Shown in pieces: positions 47,635-58,420 of a DNA stretch of 64,000 nucleotides (position 1 is the stretch's first letter; each line of letters opens with the position of its first letter). This DNA is from Escherichia phage OES_C-1: sequence record PQ553088, one strand, 5' to 3'. Under the pieces are notes generated by a model. That model worked only from the letters and a program-made list of their open reading frames with translations. It ran no database searches and was not told the origin of the DNA. The position numbers and the translations under genes were made by a program.

Positions 47635-48918
47635 ATGGCTAAAATCAACGAACTTCTGCGCGAATCAACCACAACGAATAGCAACTCAATCGGTCGCCCA
47701 AATCTCGTTGCTTTGACTCGCGCTACCACTAAATTAATATATTCTGACATTGTAGCAACGCAAAGAACTAATCAACCTGTTGCTGCTTTTTACGGTATCA
47801 AATACCTTAACCCAGATAACGAATTTACATTTAAAACTGGTGCTACTTACGCTGGCGAAGCTGGATATGTAGACCGAGAACAAATCACAGAATTAACAGA
47901 AGAGTCTAAATTAACTCTCAATAAAGGCGATTTATTCAAATATAATAATATCGTTTATAAAGTATTAGAAGATACACCATTTGCTACCATTGAAGAAAGC
48001 GATTTAGAATTAGCTCTTCAGATTGCAATTGTTCTTTTAAAGGTTCGTCTATTTTCTGATGCAGCGTCAACGAGCAAATTTGAAAGCTCTGATAGCGAAA
48101 TTGCTGATGCTAGATTCCAGATTAATAAATGGCAAACCGCGGTTAAATCTCGTAAACTTAAAACTGGCATCACAGTTGAATTAGCACAAGATTTAGAAGC
48201 AAATGGATTCGATGCTCCTAATTTCTTGGAAGATTTGCTTGCAACTGAAATGGCGGATGAAATCAATAAAGATATTCTACAGTCTTTGATTACAGTGTCA
48301 AAACGCTATAAAGTTACAGGAATTACTGATACTGGATTCATTGATTTGAGTTATGCATCTGCACCTGAAGCTGGTCGTTCATTATACCGAATGGTATGTG
48401 AAATGGTTTCACATATCCAAAAAGAATCAACTTATACAGCAACGTTCTGTGTTGCTTCAGCTCGTGCCGCTGCGATTCTTGCTGCATCAGGTTGGTTAAA
48501 ACATAAACCAGAAGATGATAAATATCTTTCACAAAATGCCTATGGGTTCTTAGCTAATGGTTTACCGCTTTATTGCGATACTAACAGCCCATTAGATTAT
48601 GTAATCGTTGGCGTAGTAGAAAATATTGGTGAAAAAGAAATTGTCGGATCAATTTTCTATGCTCCGTATACAGAAGGTCTTGACTTAGATGACCCTGAAC
48701 ATGTAGGTGCATTTAAAGTTGTAGTTGATCCAGAAAGCTTGCAACCATCTATCGGTTTATTAGTTAGATATGCTTTATCTGCAAATCCTTACACTGTAGC
48801 AAAAGATGAAAAAGAAGCAAGAATAATTGATGGTGGAGACATGGATAAAATGGCGGGTCGTTCAGATTTGTCTGTTTTATTAGGTGTTAAGCTACCAAAA
48901 ATTATCGTTGATGAATAA
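47635..48918 (+). CDS. 24: capsid vertex protein gp24
   Basis: 427 aa; same length as T4 gp24. Confidence 0.9.
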   Translation: MAKINELLRESTTTNSNSIGRPNLVALTRATTKLIYSDIVATQRTNQPVAAFYGIKYLNPDNEFTFKTGATYAGEAGYVDREQITELTEESKLTLNKGDLFKYNNIVYKVLEDTPFATIEESDLELALQIAIVLLKVRLFSDAASTSKFESSDSEIADARFQINKWQTAVKSRKLKTGITVELAQDLEANGFDAPNFLEDLLATEMADEINKDILQSLITVSKRYKVTGITDTGFIDLSYASAPEAGRSLYRMVCEMVSHIQKESTYTATFCVASARAAAILAASGWLKHKPEDDKYLSQNAYGFLANGLPLYCDTNSPLDYVIVGVVENIGEKEIVGSIFYAPYTEGLDLDDPEHVGAFKVVVDPESLQPSIGLLVRYALSANPYTVAKDEKEARIIDGGDMDKMAGRSDLSVLLGVKLPKIIVDE

Positions 48919-48924
48919 AACAAA

Positions 48925-48945
48925 GGGACCGAAAGGTCCCTTTTT
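48925..48945. terminator. bidirectional rho-independent terminator between gene 24 and rnlB
   Basis: GGGACCGAAAGGTCCC hairpin with A-run on one side and T-run on the other. Confidence 0.65.
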
Positions 48946-48947
48946 AT

Positions 48948-49952
48948 TTAACTTACCAATTCAATCCAAGCCGGACGAAGTACATCTTGTACCATTTTAA
49001 CTAATTCCTTTTTAATCAAAGAAGGATTATCCGCTTGAGTTAGAGTAATACCTTCACGAGAAGTTTCTTCCAAAATATCTTGAACAGTTAGTCCCATCAC
49101 CTTTCCAAAATCCTTCGGACCAATTTCACCAATTTTAGAAATAACATTATTTACTCGGTTCAGTGTAACGTAGCAAGCTAAAATTCCCACCAATTTGTTA
49201 TCAGCTTCTGATAGTTCAACTTTAGCTTTAATAGGCTTATCAGACTTTTTCTTTTCACTAAATTTGGAATTCTTGCATTTGATGGCTACACGATTTCCAT
49301 TATGAAGCCAAGAAGGATAACAAGGTTTCAATACATATCCTTCAGCGGTAAATACTTCGCCTTTGGCTTCAGCTTTCCAAACACATTTGTTAGCGTCAAC
49401 TAATCCAGCATGGTCTACTGTAAAATTATAATCTTGGACGACAGAATCTAAATCATTTGGCAATTTAATAAGTTCTTCAAATTTACCACGACCTAAAAGT
49501 GGAGCCATTTTAAATTTAAATGTATTACAGAATGATTCCATCATATAATCATCGACATAAGTTACATCACCACTTTCTGTAGTGACAATAATGTCAAATA
49601 CATAAAAATCTTTATCGCCATAATCGACATTCTTCTGAATGCCAGGTCCAGCGAATTCGCCAAAGACTTGATAAGATACAACCGCTGAGGTTTCCATAAT
49701 ATCTTGTACTGCTTTAATAGAATCTTCGTAATTCTTTAGAATAATTTCATACCCAAAGAAATCTTCAGCAGGAAGAATCGGTCCAGTACGTTTAGCGCAA
49801 GTTACTTTATCACGCTCAATAATCAATGAGAAATTTGTGCCGTGAATCTTTTCACGAGCTACCCACTCCCCACCAGTCAATCCCAAGCTATAAAGTTTTT
49901 CAATAAATTTAGAGTTGTAATGATTTTCAAGACTGCTATACTTTTTAAACAT
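48948..49952 (-). CDS. rnlB: RNA ligase 2
   Basis: 334 aa; KIHGTN nucleotidyltransferase motif I; same length as T4 Rnl2. Confidence 0.85.
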   Translation of the reverse strand: MFKKYSSLENHYNSKFIEKLYSLGLTGGEWVAREKIHGTNFSLIIERDKVTCAKRTGPILPAEDFFGYEIILKNYEDSIKAVQDIMETSAVVSYQVFGEFAGPGIQKNVDYGDKDFYVFDIIVTTESGDVTYVDDYMMESFCNTFKFKMAPLLGRGKFEELIKLPNDLDSVVQDYNFTVDHAGLVDANKCVWKAEAKGEVFTAEGYVLKPCYPSWLHNGNRVAIKCKNSKFSEKKKSDKPIKAKVELSEADNKLVGILACYVTLNRVNNVISKIGEIGPKDFGKVMGLTVQDILEETSREGITLTQADNPSLIKKELVKMVQDVLRPAWIELVS

Positions 49953-49961
49953 AATTAATCC

Positions 49962-50240
49962 TCAAAATGTAATTTCTAACCAATCACCATCACGCTGATC
50001 ACTATTGACTTTAAAGCTGAATCCTTCTTTTCTCAGCCAATCACCAATTTCTTCAGTAATCAATTTATCACGAGCAATACAATAATAACTAAAATGTGTT
50101 TTACCTTGTTCAGCTGCTTTATTAGCAAGTTCCGAAAAATCTTTAATAAAACACTCTAGCTTAAACTGTTTACTTTTAAGTGCTTTTTCGCGCAATTGAT
50201 TAGCAAAAGATTCATTTTCATAAAGATCATACTGTTCCAT
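49962..50240 (-). CDS. hypothetical protein (24.2 position)
   Basis: 92 aa ORF, ATG at 50238-50240. Confidence 0.5.
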   Translation of the reverse strand: MEQYDLYENESFANQLREKALKSKQFKLECFIKDFSELANKAAEQGKTHFSYYCIARDKLITEEIGDWLRKEGFSFKVNSDQRDGDWLEITF

Positions 50241-50442
50241 TTTTCACCTTTTTATTGATATGTCTTTTTCTATAGACGACTTTTTCTCGAGTTTCAAATT
50301 TATTTTTAGCAGTCATAGCTCGAGCCCATAATACAGCCACTTCTTTTGCCTGTAAGTTTAATTCACGAGCAATTTCAATGAATGACTTTCCAGACTCATG
50401 AAGAGTAAACACCACAACCTCAGTTCTCATAATCAATCTCAT
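50227..50442 (-). CDS. small helix-turn-helix-like protein (24.3 position)
   Basis: 71 aa; SGKSFIEIARELNLQAKEVAVLW resembles an HTH; alternative start at 50430. Confidence 0.45.
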   Translation of the reverse strand: MRLIMRTEVVVFTLHESGKSFIEIARELNLQAKEVAVLWARAMTAKNKFETREKVVYRKRHINKKVKNGTV

Positions 50443-50510
50443 GTTATCGAGTTGATGCCATTATATACATCATTTTCTGAGTATGTTTTGTGTGCTTTCA
50501 AAATGAAGAA

Positions 50511-50529
50511 AGGGGCCGAAGCCCCTTAT
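50511..50529 (-). repeat. hairpin aggggccgaagccccttat (second copy of the 19-nt repeat at 8707-8725)
   Basis: Exact 19-nt identity; lies just downstream of the hoc stop. Confidence 0.6.
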
Positions 50530-50537
50530 GATTATGA

Positions 50538-51956
50538 TTATGGATAGGTATAGATGATACCAGTTTCTAAAGCAGTTTTATGAATGATGTATCCATTACG
50601 CGATTCTTGAACATCAACTTCTGGATAGTCTTTCATCATCTTCTGAAGAGTGTAACGATGTAGGTAATATTTACTATCTGGGTCGTCAGTTTTCCAATCT
50701 TTACCTTCTTCGGTCATTTTTTGGATTTCATCCATAACCCACCAACCGCACCAGATATAAGCTGAAGTACGATGTGGAAGAGGATGAACATAAGGTAGTT
50801 CACCTTCTGGTTCCGGAGCAACTTTATCAGTCACTTGAACTTGACCTGTGGCTTTAACTGTTTTACTATCATAGTCAGTTGCTGTAACGACAGCAGTAAC
50901 TTCAATAGTTTGACTTCCAATAGATGAGGTATCAACAGTATATACGTTAGTTGACCCTTCTACAGGAGAAGAATCTTTCTTCCATGAGTAAGTAATTTGT
51001 GCTGCTTCAGGTGCGCCAGTAACATTAGCAGTAAATGTAGCCGAAGCATCTTGCTGAACATTAATAGAAGGAGGAGTCAATGTAACCTGTGGATTCATTG
51101 TCTTCTTATTAACTGTCAATGATACTTCATTAGAAGTAACTGTTTTTGCGTCGTAATCCGTTGCTGTTACTTGGGCTATACATTTAATTTTTTTAACTCC
51201 AGCCACAGTTGGAGTATAGTTAAATGTAGAGTTAGTTTCTCCACCAACTTGTGAATCATCTACATACCACTGATACGTAGCAGACGCTCCATCAGGTTGA
51301 GAAGCTAATGCAGCAGTAAATTGAACCGGGGTTCCAATTACTCCAGCAGCAGGACTAGCAGGAGTTACTGCCAAGGTAGTTGTCTGCGTCTTTTTATTAA
51401 CAGTCAGTGACACTTCATTAGAAGTAACTTCCTTTGTATCATAATCTGCCGCGGTTACTTGAGCTACACACTTAATTGTTTTAACTCCGCTTGTAGTAGG
51501 AGTATAATTGAATGTAGCAGAAGTTGCTTCGCTCACAGGAGAACCGTCAACGTACCATTGATACGTAGCAGATGCGCCCGATGGCTGTGAAGCTAAGGCA
51601 GCAGTAAATTCAACAGCTGTTCCGATTACTCCTTCTGGAGGACTATTAGGAGTTACAGCTAAGGTAGTTGTCTGTGTCTTATTTTGAACTGTGATAGTTG
51701 TACTAATTTCAGCTGTTTCAGCATCAGTATCTGGAACTGGGTTTGTTGCAACTACTTTAATAGTTTTTTGACCGGCAGGTCCTTTTAGTACATAACTAAA
51801 AGTTGCAGATGTTTCTTCCTGTGGAACATCATCTACAGTCCAAGCATATGTAATAGGTCCATCTCCAGTTTCACCACTGGGTGTAGCAGTAAACTGCTGA
51901 GTCTGATCTATAACTCCAGTAGGTGTTTTAGGAGTTATATCAACTGTAAAAGCCAT
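50538..51956 (-). CDS. hoc: highly immunogenic outer capsid protein Hoc with an extra Ig-like domain
   Basis: 472 aa; tandem Ig-like units; two near-identical 96-aa repeats; T4 Hoc is recalled as 376 aa. Confidence 0.8.
   Translation of the reverse strand: MAFTVDITPKTPTGVIDQTQQFTATPSGETGDGPITYAWTVDDVPQEETSATFSYVLKGPAGQKTIKVVATNPVPDTDAETAEISTTITVQNKTQTTTLAVTPNSPPEGVIGTAVEFTAALASQPSGASATYQWYVDGSPVSEATSATFNYTPTTSGVKTIKCVAQVTAADYDTKEVTSNEVSLTVNKKTQTTTLAVTPASPAAGVIGTPVQFTAALASQPDGASATYQWYVDDSQVGGETNSTFNYTPTVAGVKKIKCIAQVTATDYDAKTVTSNEVSLTVNKKTMNPQVTLTPPSINVQQDASATFTANVTGAPEAAQITYSWKKDSSPVEGSTNVYTVDTSSIGSQTIEVTAVVTATDYDSKTVKATGQVQVTDKVAPEPEGELPYVHPLPHRTSAYIWCGWWVMDEIQKMTEEGKDWKTDDPDSKYYLHRYTLQKMMKDYPEVDVQESRNGYIIHKTALETGIIYTYP
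51090..51665 (-). repeat. in-frame tandem duplication, two units of 288 bp, inside hoc
   Basis: cttcattagaagtaac recurs at 51125 and 51413 (period 288 = 96 codons) with long flanking identity. Confidence 0.75.
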
Positions 51957-51965
51957 AAGTTATCC

Positions 51966-52646
51966 TTATTTTAATGTTACGAAAGAAGAATTACGTGTTT
52001 CACGAATTAGAACTGATCCGTCACGATTAATGTAGTAAATTAAGCTAAATAAAGTTTGATGTGCCGACGCGTGTTCAAAACTAGTTGGGTGAGATTTCCA
52101 ATCCGGAGTTTCAGCGATCCATTGATAAATCCACCAAGGAACCGTACAGAATCCTGGATTTTTTCCAATCAGCTGAAGATTCGGACTAAAGTTTTCCGGA
52201 AGAGTAAATACAGACGGCTTTTCAGATTCAATAATCTCAGCTACAGCCTGTTCGAATTTTTCTTCAACAAAAGGAGTATCTTCAATCAAAACATCGGTAT
52301 TTTCAGGAATTTTATCCGTTTCTACTACTTCAATTTTAATGTCAGATTTAACCGGAGAATCAATCAGAAGCGCTGCTTCTGGATTGACTTCTTCATCGTC
52401 ATATTTTAATCCCTCTGCGGCATCAGCAGCATTGATTAAGTCTTTAATAGATAACCCATCAGTCTCTGGCATAGGTTCACTAGCGAGCTTCTGGAGGGCT
52501 TCTTCAATATCATTAACGATATTATCAAAAGATTTATTCTTTTTGACCTTTATACCAAACTGTTCAGCATATTCAGCTAATTTAGCTTTAGCTTCTTTAT
52601 TATCATCAAGAGCCTTCAGCTCTGCAATATAATCTTTATCTATCAT
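51966..52646 (-). CDS. inh: inhibitor of prohead protease
   Basis: 226 aa; position after hoc; same length as T4 Inh. Confidence 0.75.
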   Translation of the reverse strand: MIDKDYIAELKALDDNKEAKAKLAEYAEQFGIKVKKNKSFDNIVNDIEEALQKLASEPMPETDGLSIKDLINAADAAEGLKYDDEEVNPEAALLIDSPVKSDIKIEVVETDKIPENTDVLIEDTPFVEEKFEQAVAEIIESEKPSVFTLPENFSPNLQLIGKNPGFCTVPWWIYQWIAETPDWKSHPTSFEHASAHQTLFSLIYYINRDGSVLIRETRNSSFVTLK

Positions 52647-52659
52647 AATATTTCCTCAG

Positions 52660-52667
52660 TATAAATA
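52660..52667 (+). promoter_or_regulatory. late promoter (TATAAATA) upstream of uvsW
   Basis: tataaata about 30 nt upstream of ATG 52697. Confidence 0.5.
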
Positions 52668-52696
52668 TAGATATATTTATTACATGGTATTTAGAC

Positions 52697-54208
52697 ATGA
52701 CTGACATTAAAGTACATTTTTATGATTTTAGTCACGTGAGAATTGATTGTGAAGAAAGTACATTTCATGAACTCCGTGATTTCTTTAGCTTCGAAGCTGA
52801 CGGGTATCGGTTTAATCCTCGCTTCAGATATGGCAACTGGGATGGACGAATCCGTCTTTTAGATTATAATCGCCTTCTTCCATTCGGCTTAGTTGGGCAA
52901 ATTAAAAAGTTCTGCGATAACTTTGGCTATAAAGCTTGGATTGACCCGCAAATTAACGAAAAAGAAGAATTATCAAGAAAAGATTTTGATGAATGGCTTT
53001 CTAAATTAGAAATCTATTCAGGAAATAAAAGAATTGAACCGCATTGGTATCAAAAAGATGCAGTGTTCGAAGGGTTAGTTAATCGTCGTAGAATTCTTAA
53101 TCTTCCAACATCCGCAGGTAAATCTTTAATTCAAGCTTTGCTTGCACGTTATTATTTGGAAAATTATGAAGGTAAAATTCTTATCATTGTTCCAACAACT
53201 GCTCTGACAACTCAGATGGCTGATGACTTTGTTGACTATCGTTTATTCAGTCATGCAATGATAAAGAAAATCGGTGGTGGAGCATCAAAAGATGATAAAT
53301 ATAAAAATGATGCACCGGTAATTGTTGGTACATGGCAAACTGTAGTAAAACAACCAAAAGAATGGTTCTCGCAGTTTGGAATGATGATGAATGATGAATG
53401 CCATCTTGCCACAGGAAAAAGTATTTCATCTATCATATCAGGTTTAAATAACTGCATGTTCAAATTCGGTTTGTCTGGTTCATTACGTGATGGCAAAGCC
53501 AATATCATGCAGTATGTTGGAATGTTTGGTGAAATATTTAAGCCAGTAACGACTTCTAAATTAATGGAAGATGGACAAGTAACTGAGTTAAAAATTAATA
53601 GTATTTTTCTTCGCTATCCCGATGAGTTCACTACTAAATTAAAGGGAAAAACTTACCAAGAAGAAATAAAAATTATTACTGGGCTCAGTAAAAGAAATAA
53701 ATGGATCGCTAAATTAGCTATTAAACTTGCGCAAAAAGATGAAAACGCTTTTGTCATGTTTAAGCATGTATCACACGGTAAAGCTATTTTCGATTTAATT
53801 AAAAATGAATACGATAAAGTTTATTACGTATCAGGGGAAGTTGATACTGAAACACGCAACGTAATGAAAACCTTAGCTGAAAATGGTAAAGGAATAATTA
53901 TAGTAGCTAGTTATGGTGTATTTTCTACTGGTATTTCAGTTAAAAATCTGCATCACGTTGTTTTAGCGCACGGTGTTAAATCAAAAATCATTGTATTACA
54001 AACAATCGGTCGTGTATTACGTAAGCATGGTTCTAAAACAATCGCAACGGTCTGGGACCTCATTGATGACGCGGGCGTAGTTTCTAAATCAAAAACATCT
54101 TCTAAAAAATACTCGCATTTGAACTATCTTTTAAAACACGGCATTGATCGTATTCAGCGCTACGCAGATGAAAAATTTAATTACGTAATGAAAACAGTTA
54201 ATTTATAA
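52697..54208 (+). CDS. uvsW: UvsW RNA-DNA and DNA-DNA helicase
   Basis: 503 aa; SF2 helicase motifs (PTSAGKS Walker A, DECH box). Confidence 0.9.
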   Translation: MTDIKVHFYDFSHVRIDCEESTFHELRDFFSFEADGYRFNPRFRYGNWDGRIRLLDYNRLLPFGLVGQIKKFCDNFGYKAWIDPQINEKEELSRKDFDEWLSKLEIYSGNKRIEPHWYQKDAVFEGLVNRRRILNLPTSAGKSLIQALLARYYLENYEGKILIIVPTTALTTQMADDFVDYRLFSHAMIKKIGGGASKDDKYKNDAPVIVGTWQTVVKQPKEWFSQFGMMMNDECHLATGKSISSIISGLNNCMFKFGLSGSLRDGKANIMQYVGMFGEIFKPVTTSKLMEDGQVTELKINSIFLRYPDEFTTKLKGKTYQEEIKIITGLSKRNKWIAKLAIKLAQKDENAFVMFKHVSHGKAIFDLIKNEYDKVYYVSGEVDTETRNVMKTLAENGKGIIIVASYGVFSTGISVKNLHHVVLAHGVKSKIIVLQTIGRVLRKHGSKTIATVWDLIDDAGVVSKSKTSSKKYSHLNYLLKHGIDRIQRYADEKFNYVMKTVNL

Positions 54209-54223
54209 GGGCTTCGGCCCTTT
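54209..54223 (+). terminator. stem-loop after uvsW
   Basis: GGGCTTCGGCCC hairpin followed by TTT. Confidence 0.45.
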
Positions 54224-54233
54224 GGAGAAAAAG

Positions 54234-54464
54234 ATGTTACTAGAATTTAAACAATTTCTTTATGAAGCTTCTATTGATGAATTTATGGGTAAAATTGCCT
54301 CTTGCCAAACATTAGAAGGTCTAGAAGAACTTGAAGCTTATTATAAGAAAAGAGTTAAAGAAACTGAATTAAAAGATACTGATGACATCTCTGTGAGAGA
54401 TGCTTTGGCAGGAAAAAGAGCTGAATTAGAAGATTCAGACGATGAAGTAGAAGAAAACTTTTAA
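54234..54464 (+). CDS. uvsW.1: UvsW.1 small acidic protein
   Basis: 76 aa from ATG at 54234 preceded by GGAG; track start 54222 is TTG. Confidence 0.65.
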   Translation: MLLEFKQFLYEASIDEFMGKIASCQTLEGLEELEAYYKKRVKETELKDTDDISVRDALAGKRAELEDSDDEVEENF

Positions 54465-54520
54465 ATTAAAAAAGGCCCAACCAAAAAAGGAAGGGCCAAA
54501 ACTATAGACTAAAGGTCACA

Positions 54521-54688
54521 CTATAGCAAAAGTTGTGTTTCATTTAATTGTTCTTCAGAACTTTCTGAAACTGGTAGTTCTTTAATGTAATTATAGCAAG
54601 GCCCAGGATGTACAGGACCTTTGTCTGTTTCAACAACCAATGCAGAATCGATTGGAGTTTTACAGACAACACAAATCTTATCTGACAT
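54521..54688 (-). CDS. small Cys-containing protein, 55 aa (below ORF-track cutoff)
   Basis: Own translation MSDKICVVCKTPIDSALVVETDKGPVHPGPCYNY...; uvsY.-1-like position. Confidence 0.4.
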   Translation of the reverse strand: MSDKICVVCKTPIDSALVVETDKGPVHPGPCYNYIKELPVSESSEEQLNETQLLL

Positions 54689-54716
54689 GATTGTCTCCTC
54701 TAAATTATATATCTAT

Positions 54717-54941
54717 TTATATAACTCTCATATGCATATCAATGCCCATATCTTTAGAATAAAAATATTCATCAAGATATCCGGCAAATTTTCCTTTAAT
54801 ATAAAGTACATCTTCACCGCATGGGTGGTCGGCCAGGATACGAATATCCTGACGCTTGAGATTATACTTTTTCATTAAGAATTGAATTTCCGTTTCGAAT
54901 TCTTCTTCATAATTAAAAGCATCATCAATGCTATATTTCAT
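54717..54941 (-). CDS. hypothetical protein (uvsY.-2 position)
   Basis: 74 aa; TAATG overlap with the uvsY stop. Confidence 0.55.
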   Translation of the reverse strand: MKYSIDDAFNYEEEFETEIQFLMKKYNLKRQDIRILADHPCGEDVLYIKGKFAGYLDEYFYSKDMGIDMHMRVI

Positions 54942-55354
54942 TATTTTCCAGCCTCAAATGCTCGCATGTCTTGAATATGCTTAATAGCAAATCCACGTGA
55001 TTTAATAGCATCAAGAGCTCCGCTACAGAAATCCAATAAAATTCCCCAATATTGTAATGAAGTATCAACTTTTAAAACATCCTTATCAGCTGATAGAACT
55101 GTCTTCATTTCTGATTTCTCATAACGATCCATACTAAATTCATCGCCATCTCCTCGTCCCGAGTAGTAGTCTAATTTAGCTTTAAGAGCAACTTTTTTCT
55201 GTGCTTCAATTCTAAGCATTTCCTTTTTAATACTTGAATGCTTATTAAGCCATTTACTATATAACATCACATTATTAGCTGCTTCATACTGTAATTTAGT
55301 CGAATCTATAAACACATCTTTCTTCAATTCTTCTTGAAGATCTTCTAATCTCAT
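54941..55354 (-). CDS. uvsY: recombination mediator protein UvsY
   Basis: 137 aa; MRLEDLQEELKKDVFIDSTKLQYEAANNVMLYSKW... matches T4 UvsY as recalled. Confidence 0.9.
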   Translation of the reverse strand: MRLEDLQEELKKDVFIDSTKLQYEAANNVMLYSKWLNKHSSIKKEMLRIEAQKKVALKAKLDYYSGRGDGDEFSMDRYEKSEMKTVLSADKDVLKVDTSLQYWGILLDFCSGALDAIKSRGFAIKHIQDMRAFEAGK

Positions 55355-55420
55355 ATTGTTCTCTATTCAATTGTTATTGGATGGACTTAGATTCATTATA
55401 CCACGTTTATACGTGAAGCA

Positions 55421-55819
55421 TTATACTCTGTTACTGGAAGCTAGTTGTAGTTTTATCTGCTCAATATCATCAGGGTTATCGATGACCGAAAAGCGTATTT
55501 CTACTATCAGAGTATAATCATCATAAACTGGTATTACATTAACTGCTAATTTATCAATACGCGGCTCGTAGTTTCTTACTGCGCTTTCGATGTTACGTTC
55601 AACTGTATCAGCAGTAAGAGGAGTCATATTCTCAAAAAGTTGATCAGATAAATCGCATCCAAATTCTGGGTCAAACGGTCTCGACCCTTTCCTGGTTGTA
55701 ATAATTCCTAAAAGACTGTTTTTAATTGACCTTAATCCAAGAGATCTAGAAACATCTTTGTCCCAATCCATTTTCATTTCTGGGTCAATGTCAGAATAAA
55801 GCTTATTAATATTTGCCAT
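55421..55819 (-). CDS. 25: baseplate wedge protein gp25
   Basis: 132 aa; same length as T4 gp25. Confidence 0.9.
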   Translation of the reverse strand: MANINKLYSDIDPEMKMDWDKDVSRSLGLRSIKNSLLGIITTRKGSRPFDPEFGCDLSDQLFENMTPLTADTVERNIESAVRNYEPRIDKLAVNVIPVYDDYTLIVEIRFSVIDNPDDIEQIKLQLASSNRV

Positions 55820-56445
55820 TACAATAGCTCAAAGAATTCTTTGAGCCCTCTTATTACATGAGCATGAGTTTTTCCACACTCTGGACACTTAATTGGAACA
55901 GCCAAATAAACAGTAGGTTTTAAAAGCATATCTTTTATAGCTACAATATCTGACTCTGTGATGATAGAATATAAATCTTCCAATTCTTTTTCATTTAAGT
56001 CTTCAACTGGAATGCTTTCCCCGTTAGCATGAATCGTTTCTATGCATGATACTATCATGTGGGCTATATTTTTATCATCAAAAATTTTAGGGTAATGGAA
56101 CTTAATTTTAATGTCACCCAGTGTATACCAGAGGTCTTCTGGTGCATCTATTTGCGTATGTAATAGATTTATATGGGTTGGTATTTCAGTTCCACAGGTG
56201 CACTTCCAGGAGTTTTCGTGATTAACTTCCCCAAGAGAATGTGCCCATAAATGAATCAACAAGAGTTCTGATTCTTGGCGGTTTAAATCTTTTGCATTTG
56301 TACAATCTTTAATTAGCTTTTTAACGATCTCTTCTACTGAACCGTTCTTTTTAGCAGTAATAAGTTCTAGATATTCTTTAAGAGTAAATGCGCGACAGTT
56401 GATTATTTTAGAACCAACTCTCACATCAAATTTGTATTCATACAT
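55819..56445 (-). CDS. 26: baseplate hub protein gp26
   Basis: 208 aa; TAATG overlap with gene 25. Confidence 0.85.
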   Translation of the reverse strand: MYEYKFDVRVGSKIINCRAFTLKEYLELITAKKNGSVEEIVKKLIKDCTNAKDLNRQESELLLIHLWAHSLGEVNHENSWKCTCGTEIPTHINLLHTQIDAPEDLWYTLGDIKIKFHYPKIFDDKNIAHMIVSCIETIHANGESIPVEDLNEKELEDLYSIITESDIVAIKDMLLKPTVYLAVPIKCPECGKTHAHVIRGLKEFFELL

Positions 56446-56466
56446 ATTTAGCTCCTTTATTTATCA

Positions 56467-56478
56467 TATTTATAAATA
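56467..56478. promoter_or_regulatory. overlapping divergent late promoters (TATAAATA) for gene 51 (plus) and gene 26 (minus)
   Basis: tatttataaata at 56467-56478 reads as TATAAATA on both strands. Confidence 0.55.
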
Positions 56479-56495
56479 GAATAAAAGGAGCATCT

Positions 56496-57245
56496 ATGGC
56501 AAACATTATTCGTTGTAAATTACCAGATGGTGTTCATCGTTTTAAACCATTTACGGTAGAAGATTATCGAGATTTTTTGTTAGTTCGAAACGATATAGAA
56601 CATCGGTCACCACAAGAACAAAAAGAAATAATTGCTGATTTAATTGCCGATTATTTTGGAGACTATCCGAAGACTTGGCAACCATTTATATTTTTGCAGG
56701 TATTTGTAGGGTCAATAGGTAAAACTAAAGTACCGGTCACATTTGTATGTCCAAAATGTAAAAAGGAAAAGACAGTTCCATTTGAAATATATCAAAAAGA
56801 ATTAAAGGAACCTGTTTTTGATGTAGCTAATGTTAAAATTAAATTAAAGTTTCCTTCTGAGTTTTATGAAAATAAAGCAAAGATGATTACTGAAAATATT
56901 CATTCTGTTCAAGTAGATGAAACATGGTATGATTGGAAGGAAATTAGTGAATCAAGTCAAATAGAACTTGTTGATGCCATCGAGATAGAAACATTAGAAA
57001 AAATTCTCGATGCAATGAATCCTATTAATTTAACGCTACACATGTCCTGCTGCGACAAGTACGTAAAAAAATACACTGATATAGTAGATGTGTTTAAGCT
57101 ATTAGTTAACCCAGATGAAATATTTACTTTTTATCAAATTAATCACACACTCGTAAAAAGTAATTATAGCTTAAATTCAATAATGAAAATGATTCCTGCC
57201 GAGCGCGGATTCGTATTAAAACTGATTGAGAAGGATAAACAATAA
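56496..57245 (+). CDS. 51: baseplate hub assembly catalyst gp51
   Basis: 249 aa; same length as T4 gp51. Confidence 0.85.
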   Translation: MANIIRCKLPDGVHRFKPFTVEDYRDFLLVRNDIEHRSPQEQKEIIADLIADYFGDYPKTWQPFIFLQVFVGSIGKTKVPVTFVCPKCKKEKTVPFEIYQKELKEPVFDVANVKIKLKFPSEFYENKAKMITENIHSVQVDETWYDWKEISESSQIELVDAIEIETLEKILDAMNPINLTLHMSCCDKYVKKYTDIVDVFKLLVNPDEIFTFYQINHTLVKSNYSLNSIMKMIPAERGFVLKLIEKDKQ

Positions 57246-58420
57246 TGAGTATGTTGCAACGCCCAGGATATCCAAATCTCAGCGTTAAATTATTTGATAG
57301 CTACGACGCTTGGAGTAATAATAGATTTGTTGAATTAGCTGCTACTATTACCACATTAACTATGCGGGATTCTCTTTATGGCCGAAATGAAGGAATGCTG
57401 CAGTTTTATGATTCTAAAAATATCCATACAAAAATGGATGGAAATGAAATAATTCAGATTTCTGTAGCTAATGCAAACGATATTAATAATGTTAAAACAA
57501 GAATTTATGGATGTAAGCATTTTTCCGTGTCAGTAGATTCAAAGGGTGATAACATCATTGCTATTGAATTGGGAACTATTCATTCTATAGAAAATCTTAA
57601 ATTTGGTAGACCGTTTTTCCCTGATGCAGGTGAATCTATAAAGGAAATGCTTGGCGTCATTTATCAAGATCGCACATTATTAACTCCAGCAATAAATGCT
57701 ATAAATGCTTATGTTCCTGATATTCCGTGGACTAGCACATTTGAAAACTATTTGTCATATGTCAGAGAAGTTGCTCTAGCTGTAGGAAGTGACAAATTTG
57801 TATTTGTATGGCAAGACATCATGGGAGTTAATATGATGGACTATGATATGATGATAAATCAAGAACCGTATCCAATGATTGTCGGTGAGCCATCTTTAAT
57901 AGGTCAATTCATCCAAGAATTAAAATATCCATTGGCATATGATTTCGTTTGGTTGACTAAATCGAATCCTCACAAACGTGACCCAATGAAAAACGCTACT
58001 ATCTATGCTCATTCATTTTTAGATTCTTCATTGCCAATGATTACTACAGGAAAGGGCGAAAACTCTATTGTCGTGTCAAGGTCAGGTGCTTATTCTGAAA
58101 TGACTTATAGGAATGGATATGAAGAAGCTATTCGTCTTCAAACTATGGCGCAATACGATGGCTATGCTAAATGTTCTACTGTCGGTAATTTTAACTTGAC
58201 ACCTGGCGTTAAAATTATTTTTAATGATAGTAAAAACCAATTTAAAACAGAATTTTACGTTGATGAAGTTATCCACGAATTATCCAATAATAATTCAGTA
58301 ACTCATCTATATATGTTCACTAATGCAACGAAACTGGAAACAATAGACCCAGTTAAGGTTAAAAATGAATTTAAATCTGATACTACCACTGAAGAAAGTA
58401 GTTCTTCCAATAAGCAATAA
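57245..58420 (+). CDS. 27: baseplate hub protein gp27
   Basis: 391 aa; same length as T4 gp27. Confidence 0.9.
   Translation: MSMLQRPGYPNLSVKLFDSYDAWSNNRFVELAATITTLTMRDSLYGRNEGMLQFYDSKNIHTKMDGNEIIQISVANANDINNVKTRIYGCKHFSVSVDSKGDNIIAIELGTIHSIENLKFGRPFFPDAGESIKEMLGVIYQDRTLLTPAINAINAYVPDIPWTSTFENYLSYVREVALAVGSDKFVFVWQDIMGVNMMDYDMMINQEPYPMIVGEPSLIGQFIQELKYPLAYDFVWLTKSNPHKRDPMKNATIYAHSFLDSSLPMITTGKGENSIVVSRSGAYSEMTYRNGYEEAIRLQTMAQYDGYAKCSTVGNFNLTPGVKIIFNDSKNQFKTEFYVDEVIHELSNNNSVTHLYMFTNATKLETIDPVKVKNEFKSDTTTEESSSSNKQ

Noticed and set aside
51090-51665. Possible CRISPR-like or satellite repeat
   Set aside because: The repeats are in-frame coding duplications of an Ig-like domain inside hoc; no spacer/repeat architecture anywhere in the window
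52056-52632. Two plus-strand ORFs inside inh
   Set aside because: Antisense to inh; low-complexity translations
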